This document shows, in pieces, positions 51,191 to 58,776 of a stretch of DNA of 64,000 nt (the first letter of the stretch is position 1; the number at the start of each line of letters is the position of its first letter). The translations under genes and the position numbers were made by a program. This DNA is from an uncultured Patescibacteria group bacterium (GTDB lineage: Bacteria; Patescibacteriota; Minisyncoccia; Phycocordibacterales; UBA12088). The notes below the pieces were generated by a model. The model searched no databases. It saw only the letters and a list, made by a program, of their open reading frames with translations, and was not told where the DNA came from. The stretch spans positions 27,118 through 91,117 of the forward strand of contig CAMYLP010000003.1 of the NCBI GenBank assembly GCA_947259245.1, given 5' to 3'.

Positions 51191-51598
51191 TTAGTGTGAC
51201 ACTGCGGGCTTCAGAGTCTTTGCCTCCTTGACCCACTTTTCAACCACGGCTGCACTCGGAGTACGGTCAACGAGCTTTCGTGCTGCATTCTTCTCCTCCA
51301 TCGCTGCTGCAAGGTTTTCTGCATTGCGCGTAGCGAGTTCCTTCACTGTGTCAACTCCGGCCTGCTCGAGAAGGTCAGCGTACTCTTCACCAACACCATT
51401 TATACGCATAAGATCTGCGCGGTTCACCCACTCAAGGAGTCGCTTCTCGGATACTCCCGCTTCAGTGGCAACCCCTTCACGTCCTTTTTTGTCACCACAG
51501 CGACGAAGCAAGTCCTCGGTTGTCTGGATATCCGCGCTACGCAGCTTATCTGCGTACTCTTTACCAATACCCTCTATCTCTTCAATTTTGTACGACAT
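51191..51598 (-). CDS. hypothetical tandem helix-hairpin-helix protein (DUF4332-like)
   Basis: Two IEGIGKEYADKL / INGVGEEYADLL HhH repeats. Confidence 0.5.
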   Translation of the reverse strand: MSYKIEEIEGIGKEYADKLRSADIQTTEDLLRRCGDKKGREGVATEAGVSEKRLLEWVNRADLMRINGVGEEYADLLEQAGVDTVKELATRNAENLAAAMEEKNAARKLVDRTPSAAVVEKWVKEAKTLKPAVSH

Positions 51599-51642
51599 AG
51601 TTGTTGTTGTTTATGTACTAATAGTTAAGAAATAAGTATGGT

Positions 51643-52065
51643 CTACTGTACTGTTTTTGGCAGACCTTCACAAGCCACACCGTCCTTGTCCCGGTCGAGC
51701 CCGTGTACGTCGTTCTCTTCGAAGCCGCAAGTCTCGAAGGTTTTCTGCGCCTCCTCCTGCGTTGCGAAGTCGTCACAATTGTAGCTTGCCCTGTCACACA
51801 TAGCGCCAATAATGAGGTTACCCTCCTCGGTGCGTTCGATTTTGCTTTCCTCTAGCGAGCCGGTTTCAATGACCTTGCCGAGGTCATAGTCCGTATTAGC
51901 CATCTCAAGGCCAAGTGCCGCGAGCAAAACAACAGCTATGCCGATCATCCAGAGTCGTGTCTTCTCAAAGAAGAACGCAATGACAGCCACAACAATAAGG
52001 AGAATGATAATGATAGTGAGGCGACTTTTTTTGCTGCGCCGCCACTTCGCTATTTCTTTTTCCAT
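51643..52065 (-). CDS. membrane-anchored Excalibur (extracellular Ca-binding) domain protein
   Basis: N-terminal TM; C-terminal [13 protein letters not shown] Excalibur motif. Confidence 0.65.
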   Translation of the reverse strand: MEKEIAKWRRSKKSRLTIIIILLIVVAVIAFFFEKTRLWMIGIAVVLLAALGLEMANTDYDLGKVIETGSLEESKIERTEEGNLIIGAMCDRASYNCDDFATQEEAQKTFETCGFEENDVHGLDRDKDGVACEGLPKTVQ

Positions 52066-52110
52066 AGGATTTTAGTATACAGACACTGTACCAACTTGGC
52101 GAGTCGCATT

Positions 52111-53394
52111 TCACGCAACATGTGGTGATACTGTTGGGATATCAGCCCAACTACTAGTGTAGCGAGGCGAAAGTGTATTGCTTTTTGGATGCCAGCTTTT
52201 CTCTGTAGTACATCGCAACTCCTCGGCACCAAGCTGTACGGCCCGGTCACCAAAGCGATGTCGTAATGCGTCAAGCGCATGCATAAGTGGCTTCCTCGCC
52301 CCACTCTCCTCGCCAAAGATCGTCCGCGGCATGACGCTCTCCTCTGGAACAATATCCTTCACCATCACACCGGCTTTAGCGTACGGAAAACCTTTTCTAT
52401 ACATGCGCTCGAGTACGCTGAGTGCCGTCTGCACGATGGTGATCGTGTCGTTCGTGTGATGAGTGAGCGTGTCACCATCGTAGGCACTGTAGCGATGTGT
52501 GGTGTGACGAGAGGTACGAATCGTCACATACACCTCGCGTGCCGCGGCACCCTCAACGCGGAGCACCTCCGCCGCCTTGCGCGCGTGGTGTGCTATCGCC
52601 TGCTTGAGACCTGACAGATCGTAAACGGGTCTTCCGAAGGACTGTGAATGAAGGAGTGACTTTCTAAGTGTCGTATCCTCTCCAACAGTAAAACAAGGCG
52701 TACCTCGGAGCTCATAGACGGTGCGCAAACCCCGTACGCTCAGTCGCTTGCGTAGCCACGTATCATCCATGCGGATAAGCTTTCCGGCCGTTGTAACACC
52801 AAGGTCCTTCAACACGGGTCCCAGACGAAATCCAATACCCCACACCTCATCGACCGGGAGCTCCTCAAGTGCAACATTGCGCACGTAGGGCTCAAGAAGA
52901 AGGTTGACCCCACGCCCGCCGTACTTTGGCTTGGCGAAGTGCGTCGCTACTTTTGCAAGGGTCTTTGTATGTGCTACACCCACTGAGACCGGTATGCCGG
53001 TCTCACGTATGACGGCCGTGTGCAGCGCGTGCGCTTGTTGTGCAATATCTCCATCGCGTCCGTCGAGAGCCACAAACGCCTCATCAACCGAGTATGCTTC
53101 TACCGTATCTGCATACCGGCGAAGTACCGACATGATGCGGCGGGACATGTCCCGGTACAGCGCAAAATTGCTAGAGAAAATACTCACGCCGTGCTGATCG
53201 CAACGCTCACGTACTTTAAAGTATGGTTCACCCATAGTGAGTCCAAGTGCCTTCGCCTCTTCAGAACGTGAAATAACACACCCGTCATTGCTCGAAAGCA
53301 CAATGACCGGTTTGTTTCTGAGCTCAGGGCGAAATAACCGCTCGCACGAGACAAAAAAATTATTTGCATCTATCAACACCGTGTATATTGACAT
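52111..53394 (-). CDS. Y-family translesion DNA polymerase (UmuC/DinB-like)
   Basis: IDANNFFVSCERL (Y-family DxD-equivalent start), SRSEEAKALG, little-finger region; 427 aa. Confidence 0.85.
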   Translation of the reverse strand: MSIYTVLIDANNFFVSCERLFRPELRNKPVIVLSSNDGCVISRSEEAKALGLTMGEPYFKVRERCDQHGVSIFSSNFALYRDMSRRIMSVLRRYADTVEAYSVDEAFVALDGRDGDIAQQAHALHTAVIRETGIPVSVGVAHTKTLAKVATHFAKPKYGGRGVNLLLEPYVRNVALEELPVDEVWGIGFRLGPVLKDLGVTTAGKLIRMDDTWLRKRLSVRGLRTVYELRGTPCFTVGEDTTLRKSLLHSQSFGRPVYDLSGLKQAIAHHARKAAEVLRVEGAAAREVYVTIRTSRHTTHRYSAYDGDTLTHHTNDTITIVQTALSVLERMYRKGFPYAKAGVMVKDIVPEESVMPRTIFGEESGARKPLMHALDALRHRFGDRAVQLGAEELRCTTEKSWHPKSNTLSPRYTSSWADIPTVSPHVA

Positions 53395-53440
53395 ATAAGT
53401 ATTAAATGGTATCGTTAAGATCGGAATAAGGAGGTGCGCT

Positions 53441-53626
53441 ATGAGTATTGCAGACTTATTACACCGGAAAGACAGTCAGCATGAAGCCGAGGAAGACATG
53501 CTCGGCGTCGAAGCAAGCGTGGAGATTAAAAACCTGCCGCAAGAGGAGCACCATACCAACGACAGCGACAGTGCGGGGCTGGACGTAGTCGAACATTACA
53601 GGACGGCAGTACAGCCGATCGAATAA
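53441..53626 (+). CDS. hypothetical small acidic protein (61 aa) with perfect Shine-Dalgarno
   Basis: TAAGGAGGT at 53427-53435, 5-nt spacer to ATG; lies between umuD'-like and polY genes on the opposite strand. Confidence 0.4.
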   Translation: MSIADLLHRKDSQHEAEEDMLGVEASVEIKNLPQEEHHTNDSDSAGLDVVEHYRTAVQPIE

Positions 53627-53680
53627 AAAGAACATTATGAGAAGAGAGACCCCAAGCACGCTACTTGGGGTCTTTTGTAC

Positions 53681-54010
53681 TTACATCCTCCGTGCAAGTG
53701 CAATGACCGAACCCCAGTACTCTGCGGCCTCCCCGTCTACCAAGCGTGCCACTACTAACTCCCCTTCCTGCACGAACACCGAAAGCGTGCCCGTGCAAGG
53801 AGGAACAGCCCTGTCCACCACCAAAACATCATCCCTTCGTATGTCGAGCTTGCCACAGACGTGGAGGTCTCCACCCACGCGTACGAAGAAAGTTGAGGTC
53901 GGATGCGCCACAAAGTGCGCGTCAAGTGAGAGAGGGTTCTTGTACTCGTGTTCGTCACCCTCCTCTCCGAGTTCACGTGGTGATGTTCGTATAAAGGAAA
54001 CTGGCTTCAT
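53681..54010 (-). CDS. UmuD'-like S24-fold protein lacking the catalytic Ser/Lys dyad and the N-terminal cleavage arm
   Basis: Aligns to LexA C-domain in same window: VKGESM -> VGGDLH (Ser->Leu), TVKYL -> VVARL (Lys->Ala); 9 nt after preceding gene. Confidence 0.6.
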   Translation of the reverse strand: MKPVSFIRTSPRELGEEGDEHEYKNPLSLDAHFVAHPTSTFFVRVGGDLHVCGKLDIRRDDVLVVDRAVPPCTGTLSVFVQEGELVVARLVDGEAAEYWGSVIALARRM

Positions 54011-54019
54011 AACACAAGC

Positions 54020-55480
54020 TTACTGAGGCATTGAAATGTGAGCGCTCTGCAGAAGTGCCTCGTCTCTGCTGGTCAGTTCGCGTACCGTTACCTTTGGACG
54101 GCGTTTGCCCAGCTCTCGCGTAAGTATCTTGTATGCGTCGTAATCAAAACGAAACTGTGCCGGAATGAATTCCTCCCACTCGGTACCATTGAAATGAAGT
54201 GCGGCGAGCAGTCGCCACTGGTCGACAATGAAGAGCTCTCCCGTACCATCCACACGCCGCTCGTCGATACCCACAGGCCCTGTGTATGGCCACACGTGCA
54301 TACGGTGCGCCTCGAACGCCTCGCGAAAACGTCTGTTGTAATGGCGGTGCTTCTCCTTTCCTATGCACGCACCCCGACACTGCTCTAATTGTTGTGCAAA
54401 ACACGGCGCCTTTGGAGATGATGCTTTTTCTATACCAAGGAGCTGTGGGCAAAGCTCGTACTCCTTTGCAAGCTGACCGAGTACATCACGTGCCTGCTTT
54501 TTTGTTTTGAAGATGGCAGCAATGTTCTTTTCCTCCCCCAACTCTATGGTATCCGCGTGTGAGAGCTCCGTTACATGATACCCTGCGTCGTTTATATCTT
54601 CGCGTACCAGACAGAGTGCGTGCCGCTCACGCGCCCGTACGTTGTAGACAGGCCCTCGGTCCTTGATCAGGTGCGACTCGAGGAGAAGTGCGCCGACCTC
54701 ACCTGCTGTCTCCCTATACTCAATACGCCGTATCTCGGAGAGCATGTCTTTTCCGCGTCCCGAGAGCCCGTCTTTTGCAAAATGTGAGCGGACCCTCGTG
54801 CGTATTTTGCGACTCTTTCCAATATAAAGAAGTTCGTCATCCTTGCCGTGGAAAAAGTAGACACCTGCACCTTCCGGTAGACTCTGCACCATCTCCTCTT
54901 TTACATGCATCGGTAGCCGTCGCACACGTACCTGTTCCTGCATGACCTCGTGCACATGCTCTATACTTAGTTCTTTGTAGGCAACTTGTAAGAACTGCCA
55001 AAGCACCTTTGCGTCATCAAGTGCTCGGTGCCGGTCACCGGGATCGAGGTCATACCGTTTGATGATGCTGTCGAGATTGTGCCGACGCAACTTCGGGTAG
55101 AGCGCCCTAGAGAGTTTTGCGGTGCAGAGGTACGGGTATGAAAAGGTGATGCCAAGGCGTCGGAACTCCTCAGAGAGGAAGCCGTAGTCAAAAGGAGCAT
55201 TGTGTGCAACGAAGAGCGCTCCCTCAAGAAACTCTGCAACCTCAAGCGCCACCTCGTCGAAGGTGGGCGCGCGTACAAGCATCGAGCTGGCAATACCCGT
55301 AAGTGATGTAATAAATGCCGGTACCGGCATGCCGGGGTCAACGAACGTACGGTACTCCCGTACGATCTCACCCCGCTCCACACGCACAAGACCTACTTCC
55401 ATCACCCGATGATGTCGGGGGCTCGTACCCGTCGTCTCAAGGTCTATAAACACCAGTGGTGTTTTATCGTCTACTTGCAT
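54020..55480 (-). CDS. DnaQ-type 3'-5' exonuclease fused to GIY-YIG / UvrC N-terminal-like (Cho-like) nuclease
   Basis: Exo I FIDLETTG, Exo II FVAHNAPFDYGFL, Exo III HRALDDAKV; GVYFFHG..LLYIGKS GIY-YIG; UvrC-like CFAQQLEQCRGAC. Confidence 0.8.
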   Translation of the reverse strand: MQVDDKTPLVFIDLETTGTSPRHHRVMEVGLVRVERGEIVREYRTFVDPGMPVPAFITSLTGIASSMLVRAPTFDEVALEVAEFLEGALFVAHNAPFDYGFLSEEFRRLGITFSYPYLCTAKLSRALYPKLRRHNLDSIIKRYDLDPGDRHRALDDAKVLWQFLQVAYKELSIEHVHEVMQEQVRVRRLPMHVKEEMVQSLPEGAGVYFFHGKDDELLYIGKSRKIRTRVRSHFAKDGLSGRGKDMLSEIRRIEYRETAGEVGALLLESHLIKDRGPVYNVRARERHALCLVREDINDAGYHVTELSHADTIELGEEKNIAAIFKTKKQARDVLGQLAKEYELCPQLLGIEKASSPKAPCFAQQLEQCRGACIGKEKHRHYNRRFREAFEAHRMHVWPYTGPVGIDERRVDGTGELFIVDQWRLLAALHFNGTEWEEFIPAQFRFDYDAYKILTRELGKRRPKVTVRELTSRDEALLQSAHISMPQ

Positions 55481-55495
55481 ACAGGCTCAAAGACA

Positions 55496-55580
55496 TAAAA
55501 ACACACGTGTCTGTGTGAGAGACTAAGACTTGGGCAAACGCCCCGGAGTGGTCTCTCATGCAGACATGTGTGTTTTTGAA
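55496..55580. repeat. 17-bp inverted repeat (AAAAACACACGTGTCTG / CAGACATGTGTGTTTTT) with nested GAGAGAC/GTCTCTC repeat; terminator/attenuator-like, between lexA and exonuclease gene
   Basis: On the minus-strand RNA forms a long stem followed by U5 only ~17 nt before the exonuclease ATG. Confidence 0.6.
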
Positions 55581-55588
55581 ATCTACAT

Positions 55589-56155
55589 TTATGCATATGT
55601 TCTGATAACGCTCCGCACAACACCGCCAACCTCAAGTGACTGCTCGGGATGTAGGTCCGGGTACTCTTCGTTTGCCGCTTCAAGGTACTTACGCCCGCGT
55701 TTCTCACGCAGGTACTTAACCGTCCATTCACCATCAATGCTTGCAACCACGATGTCATTCAATCGTGCGGTCTCTGTGCGCTCTACCAAAAGAAGATCCC
55801 CCTCATAAATACCCGCGTCTATCATAGACTCTCCCTTCACGCGCAATAAATAGAGTTTATCCCGACTCCCTAAGAGGAGCTCGTCCATGGTGACGTGGTC
55901 AAGAGCTATTTCCTCTGCGGGTGTTGGGAACCCCGCTTCGATGTAACCCACCAGTGGCACCTCGTCGCCTAGAGCAAGCGGCACAAGCTTGCCGCGTCCA
56001 TCCTTACGGACAACGCCTGCGTCTATCAGTTTTTCAACCACCTTTGCAACGGCGTTCTTTGAGGCAAAGCCGAAAAGAGCACACATCTCGCTGTAGCCCG
56101 GCATTCGTTTGTGCTTTCGATAAAAAGTCTGCAGCTGTTTCTTATACTGTTCCAT
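55589..56155 (-). CDS. lexA: LexA repressor
   Basis: N-terminal wHTH; VKGESM catalytic Ser and TVKYL Lys; AG cleavage-site context. Confidence 0.9.
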   Translation of the reverse strand: MEQYKKQLQTFYRKHKRMPGYSEMCALFGFASKNAVAKVVEKLIDAGVVRKDGRGKLVPLALGDEVPLVGYIEAGFPTPAEEIALDHVTMDELLLGSRDKLYLLRVKGESMIDAGIYEGDLLLVERTETARLNDIVVASIDGEWTVKYLREKRGRKYLEAANEEYPDLHPEQSLEVGGVVRSVIRTYA

Positions 56156-56181
56156 ATATCTACTATACCGAGGTTGCTGTG

Positions 56182-56448
56182 CTACGCCACACCAAAGCCG
56201 AGTACACGGCTCATCACGCCGCGACTGAGACTGCGGTGCACGGGACTCTTCACGCGCCGCAGGGTCTTGGCGCGCTTAGGGACCAGTATTGTATCTTCCT
56301 CGTTCATACTTCGGAGTGTCGCGAGAAGCTCTTTATGGTGGCGAGCTTCCTTCTGGAAGGACTGTCCCCTGATGATCTTGCGGTCAATGCGGTCGTTTAT
56401 CTTTTCGAGTTCCTTGTGGATCTCTTTAGAAAGTGTGCTTTTGCTCAT
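56182..56448 (-). CDS. hypothetical basic 88-aa protein, first gene of the LexA-box-controlled transcript
   Basis: ATG 38 nt downstream of LexA box/promoter; no TM; helical, K/R-rich. Confidence 0.45.
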   Translation of the reverse strand: MSKSTLSKEIHKELEKINDRIDRKIIRGQSFQKEARHHKELLATLRSMNEEDTILVPKRAKTLRRVKSPVHRSLSRGVMSRVLGFGVA

Positions 56449-56477
56449 ATGCCTGTGCGTTACCCTTGTATGCTTTC

Positions 56478-56506
56478 ATTGTAGGTGAACGTTCGTTCAC
56501 CGTCAA
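56478..56506 (-). promoter_or_regulatory. LexA-repressed promoter: TTGACG-17-TACAAT with Cheo-type LexA box GTGAAC-gaac-GTTCAC filling the spacer
   Basis: rc of cgtcaa 56501-06 (-35), attgta 56478-83 (-10); GAAC-N4-GTTC palindrome 56485-56500. Confidence 0.6.
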
Positions 56507-56607
56507 GCACAGGTGTCTGTATATGATGTTTATACGTACGTTACTGTAATTCTGTCAAACTTCCCGCCCCGGGTTCGTTCGCTCGATACATCATCGTTTG
56601 TGTTACT

Positions 56608-57195
56608 ATGTGTGACATGAAAAAGTCAACGCTGACAACGGCACTTATCCTATCACTGACGCTCAACGTGCTGTTGTATCATCAGCTTTCACAGAAGGAC
56701 TCGCCTATCAACGACCCCGGCTCGAATGCACCGACGAAGGTAATAACGGAGGTAGAACCACCTACCCTTCCACGGTCAGGAAGCTATCCTTTCATTCGGG
56801 TAGTAGACGGGGATACCATAACTGTTGGTATCGAAGGTCGCACGGAGTTTGTTCGTCTTATCGGCATCGACTCTCCCGAGCCGAATGACCCGGGTGGTGC
56901 CGAATGTTATGCGAATGAGGCAACGAACCACATGCGCGAGCTTACCCGTACCGGCACTGTTGCACTCTACTTCGATGAATCACAAGGTACCCGTGATACA
57001 TATGGACGACTGCTCGCGTACGTTGAACTGCCTGATGGTACTGATATTGGCGCGGCAATGGTGCGGGATGGATATGCACGAGAGTACACGTACGATGAGC
57101 GATACGAGCGCGCAAACGTCTACCGTGCTGCAGAGTTGGAAGCGATCGAGGCAGAACGTGGACTGTGGGCGCCATCTGCGTGCAACACAAACTAG
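56608..57195 (+). CDS. membrane-anchored staphylococcal-nuclease-like (thermonuclease) protein
   Basis: N-terminal TM; VVDGDTITV..RLIGIDSPE..YGRLLAYV SNase motifs. Confidence 0.8.
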   Translation: MCDMKKSTLTTALILSLTLNVLLYHQLSQKDSPINDPGSNAPTKVITEVEPPTLPRSGSYPFIRVVDGDTITVGIEGRTEFVRLIGIDSPEPNDPGGAECYANEATNHMRELTRTGTVALYFDESQGTRDTYGRLLAYVELPDGTDIGAAMVRDGYAREYTYDERYERANVYRAAELEAIEAERGLWAPSACNTN

Positions 57196-57244
57196 ACATT
57201 AATAAAACCGACCCAGTATAAACTGGGCCGGGTTGTTGGATTGC

Positions 57245-57478
57245 TTAGCTGCCTGCGTGGCACCGCTCTTCGAGAGCGGGGAGTGTCGTCAGCAGTGCGA
57301 ATCCTACCAAAGCACTGAGACCGATGTGAACACCCCACTTTGCAGTGCTTAGCAAGCCGGGGTTTGCAGTTGCAGCGAGCGTTACCGCAAGTGCGACAAG
57401 CATCGCGACAACTACGACAGCAATGACCATCCTGTACACGCAACATGCACGTACCGGACACTTTGCTGGACTAGCCAT
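57245..57478 (-). CDS. hypothetical small membrane protein (77 aa)
   Basis: Two hydrophobic helices, Cys-rich N-terminus; low information. Confidence 0.3.
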   Translation of the reverse strand: MASPAKCPVRACCVYRMVIAVVVVAMLVALAVTLAATANPGLLSTAKWGVHIGLSALVGFALLTTLPALEERCHAGS

Positions 57479-57731
57479 GATACACCTCCGATTAAAAATG
57501 AAAGAAAAGGTCAGAAACTGACCTCATACTATCGCAGATGCGCAAAGGGTCAATACATTCAACCTGCACAACATGCTACCCCCTCTCCTCGATATGTGAC
57601 GATGTGGCGGCAATTATGCCGCTCAGTAACTGCCAATATCATACCACTTATAAACTATATGTCAAGCTTATCCGGTACAGCGCAAGAGACATCGTTCGAC
57701 ATTTTCATCCCTGAGTGAAACCGGTCGAATC

Positions 57732-58262
57732 TTACGCATGCTTCCTGAGTGCAGCAACCATGCTTTCGACATAGTGTATCGTTTTCTCTTCCAAGAAGTT
57801 GCCCTGCTCTGTGACCGCCTCTGCTGCATGTGATATATGAACCGCGTCACGTATGGGTACCATCTTCAGTTCAATGAGCACCGGCTTGATGTGGTCGACA
57901 ACTCGTGCACCTCCAAGGCTGCCGGACGACACACCAACAAGACCAACAGGCTTGTTGGTGTAGTCATCCCACAGCGAATCAAGTAGGAGCTTCAGCTCCC
58001 CCGGGTAACCGTGATTGTACTCGGGCACAACTAACATGAAGGCATGAGCTTTCTCTGCAATTGCTTTCCAAGCGGTCGGCGTTGTGTCAGCGCCGCCATC
58101 ACCCCACGGCGGTATGGTTGCCGCTTGGTGTACGTGGTCTCGTACATCAACCAGCTCTGTGGTCACATCTCTTTGCTGTGAGACAACATCATGCACTGCA
58201 CGAGCTATCATCTCTGATGAGCGATTGATGCGAGCGGTGCCGAGTACTACTGGTATGTGCAT
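57732..58262 (-). CDS. NADPH-dependent FMN reductase family flavoprotein
   Basis: MHIPVVLGTARINRSS.., PEYNHGYPGELK motif. Confidence 0.75.
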   Translation of the reverse strand: MHIPVVLGTARINRSSEMIARAVHDVVSQQRDVTTELVDVRDHVHQAATIPPWGDGGADTTPTAWKAIAEKAHAFMLVVPEYNHGYPGELKLLLDSLWDDYTNKPVGLVGVSSGSLGGARVVDHIKPVLIELKMVPIRDAVHISHAAEAVTEQGNFLEEKTIHYVESMVAALRKHA

Positions 58263-58277
58263 ATAAGAATATGTGTG

Positions 58278-58751
58278 CTATGTACCTTGTAGCTCATCTA
58301 TTGCTTTCAGCACTTCCTCTGCGTGCCCCACGGGCTTCACTTTCTCCCATACGTGCACAATAGTTCCCTTCGGGTCAAGGAGAAAGGTTGAGCGCGAAGT
58401 GCCCATGTACTCACGTCCCATGAACTTCTTTTCTCCCCACGTACCAAACGCCTCCATCAGCGCATGTGTTTCGTCCGACACAAGGGTGAAGTTGAGCTCC
58501 TTCTTCTCAACGAACTTCTGGTGCGATGCGCACGTGTCTTTACTGACACCAAGTATCACCGCGCCTTTCTTCTTGAATACGTCCTGCTTGTCACGAAATC
58601 CCTCAGCTTCCACCGTGCAACCGGGGGTATTATCGCGTGGGTAAAAGTAAACTACCACCCATGAGCCTGCGTGGTCTTGTAGCGTAAATGTCTCACCCTG
58701 TTCGTCCGTTAGCAGTAGCGAAAGCGGTGCTTTGTCTCCTTTGTGTAACAT
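58278..58751 (-). CDS. bcp: thiol peroxidase Bcp (peroxiredoxin, AhpC/TSA family)
   Basis: PRDNTPGCTVEAEGF (PxxxTxxC peroxidatic Cys); start trimmed to MLHKGDKAP. Confidence 0.8.
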   Translation of the reverse strand: MLHKGDKAPLSLLLTDEQGETFTLQDHAGSWVVVYFYPRDNTPGCTVEAEGFRDKQDVFKKKGAVILGVSKDTCASHQKFVEKKELNFTLVSDETHALMEAFGTWGEKKFMGREYMGTSRSTFLLDPKGTIVHVWEKVKPVGHAEEVLKAIDELQGT

Positions 58752-58776
58752 ATGTATATCTCTTGTGAACTGATAA

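Noticed and set aside
55591-55604. Second LexA box (aGAACATATGcat) at the lexA stop codon
   Set aside because: Only one half-site matches GAAC/GTTC well, and it lies inside the coding sequence, so it may be chance. It would be worth re-checking if a genome-wide position weight matrix becomes available.
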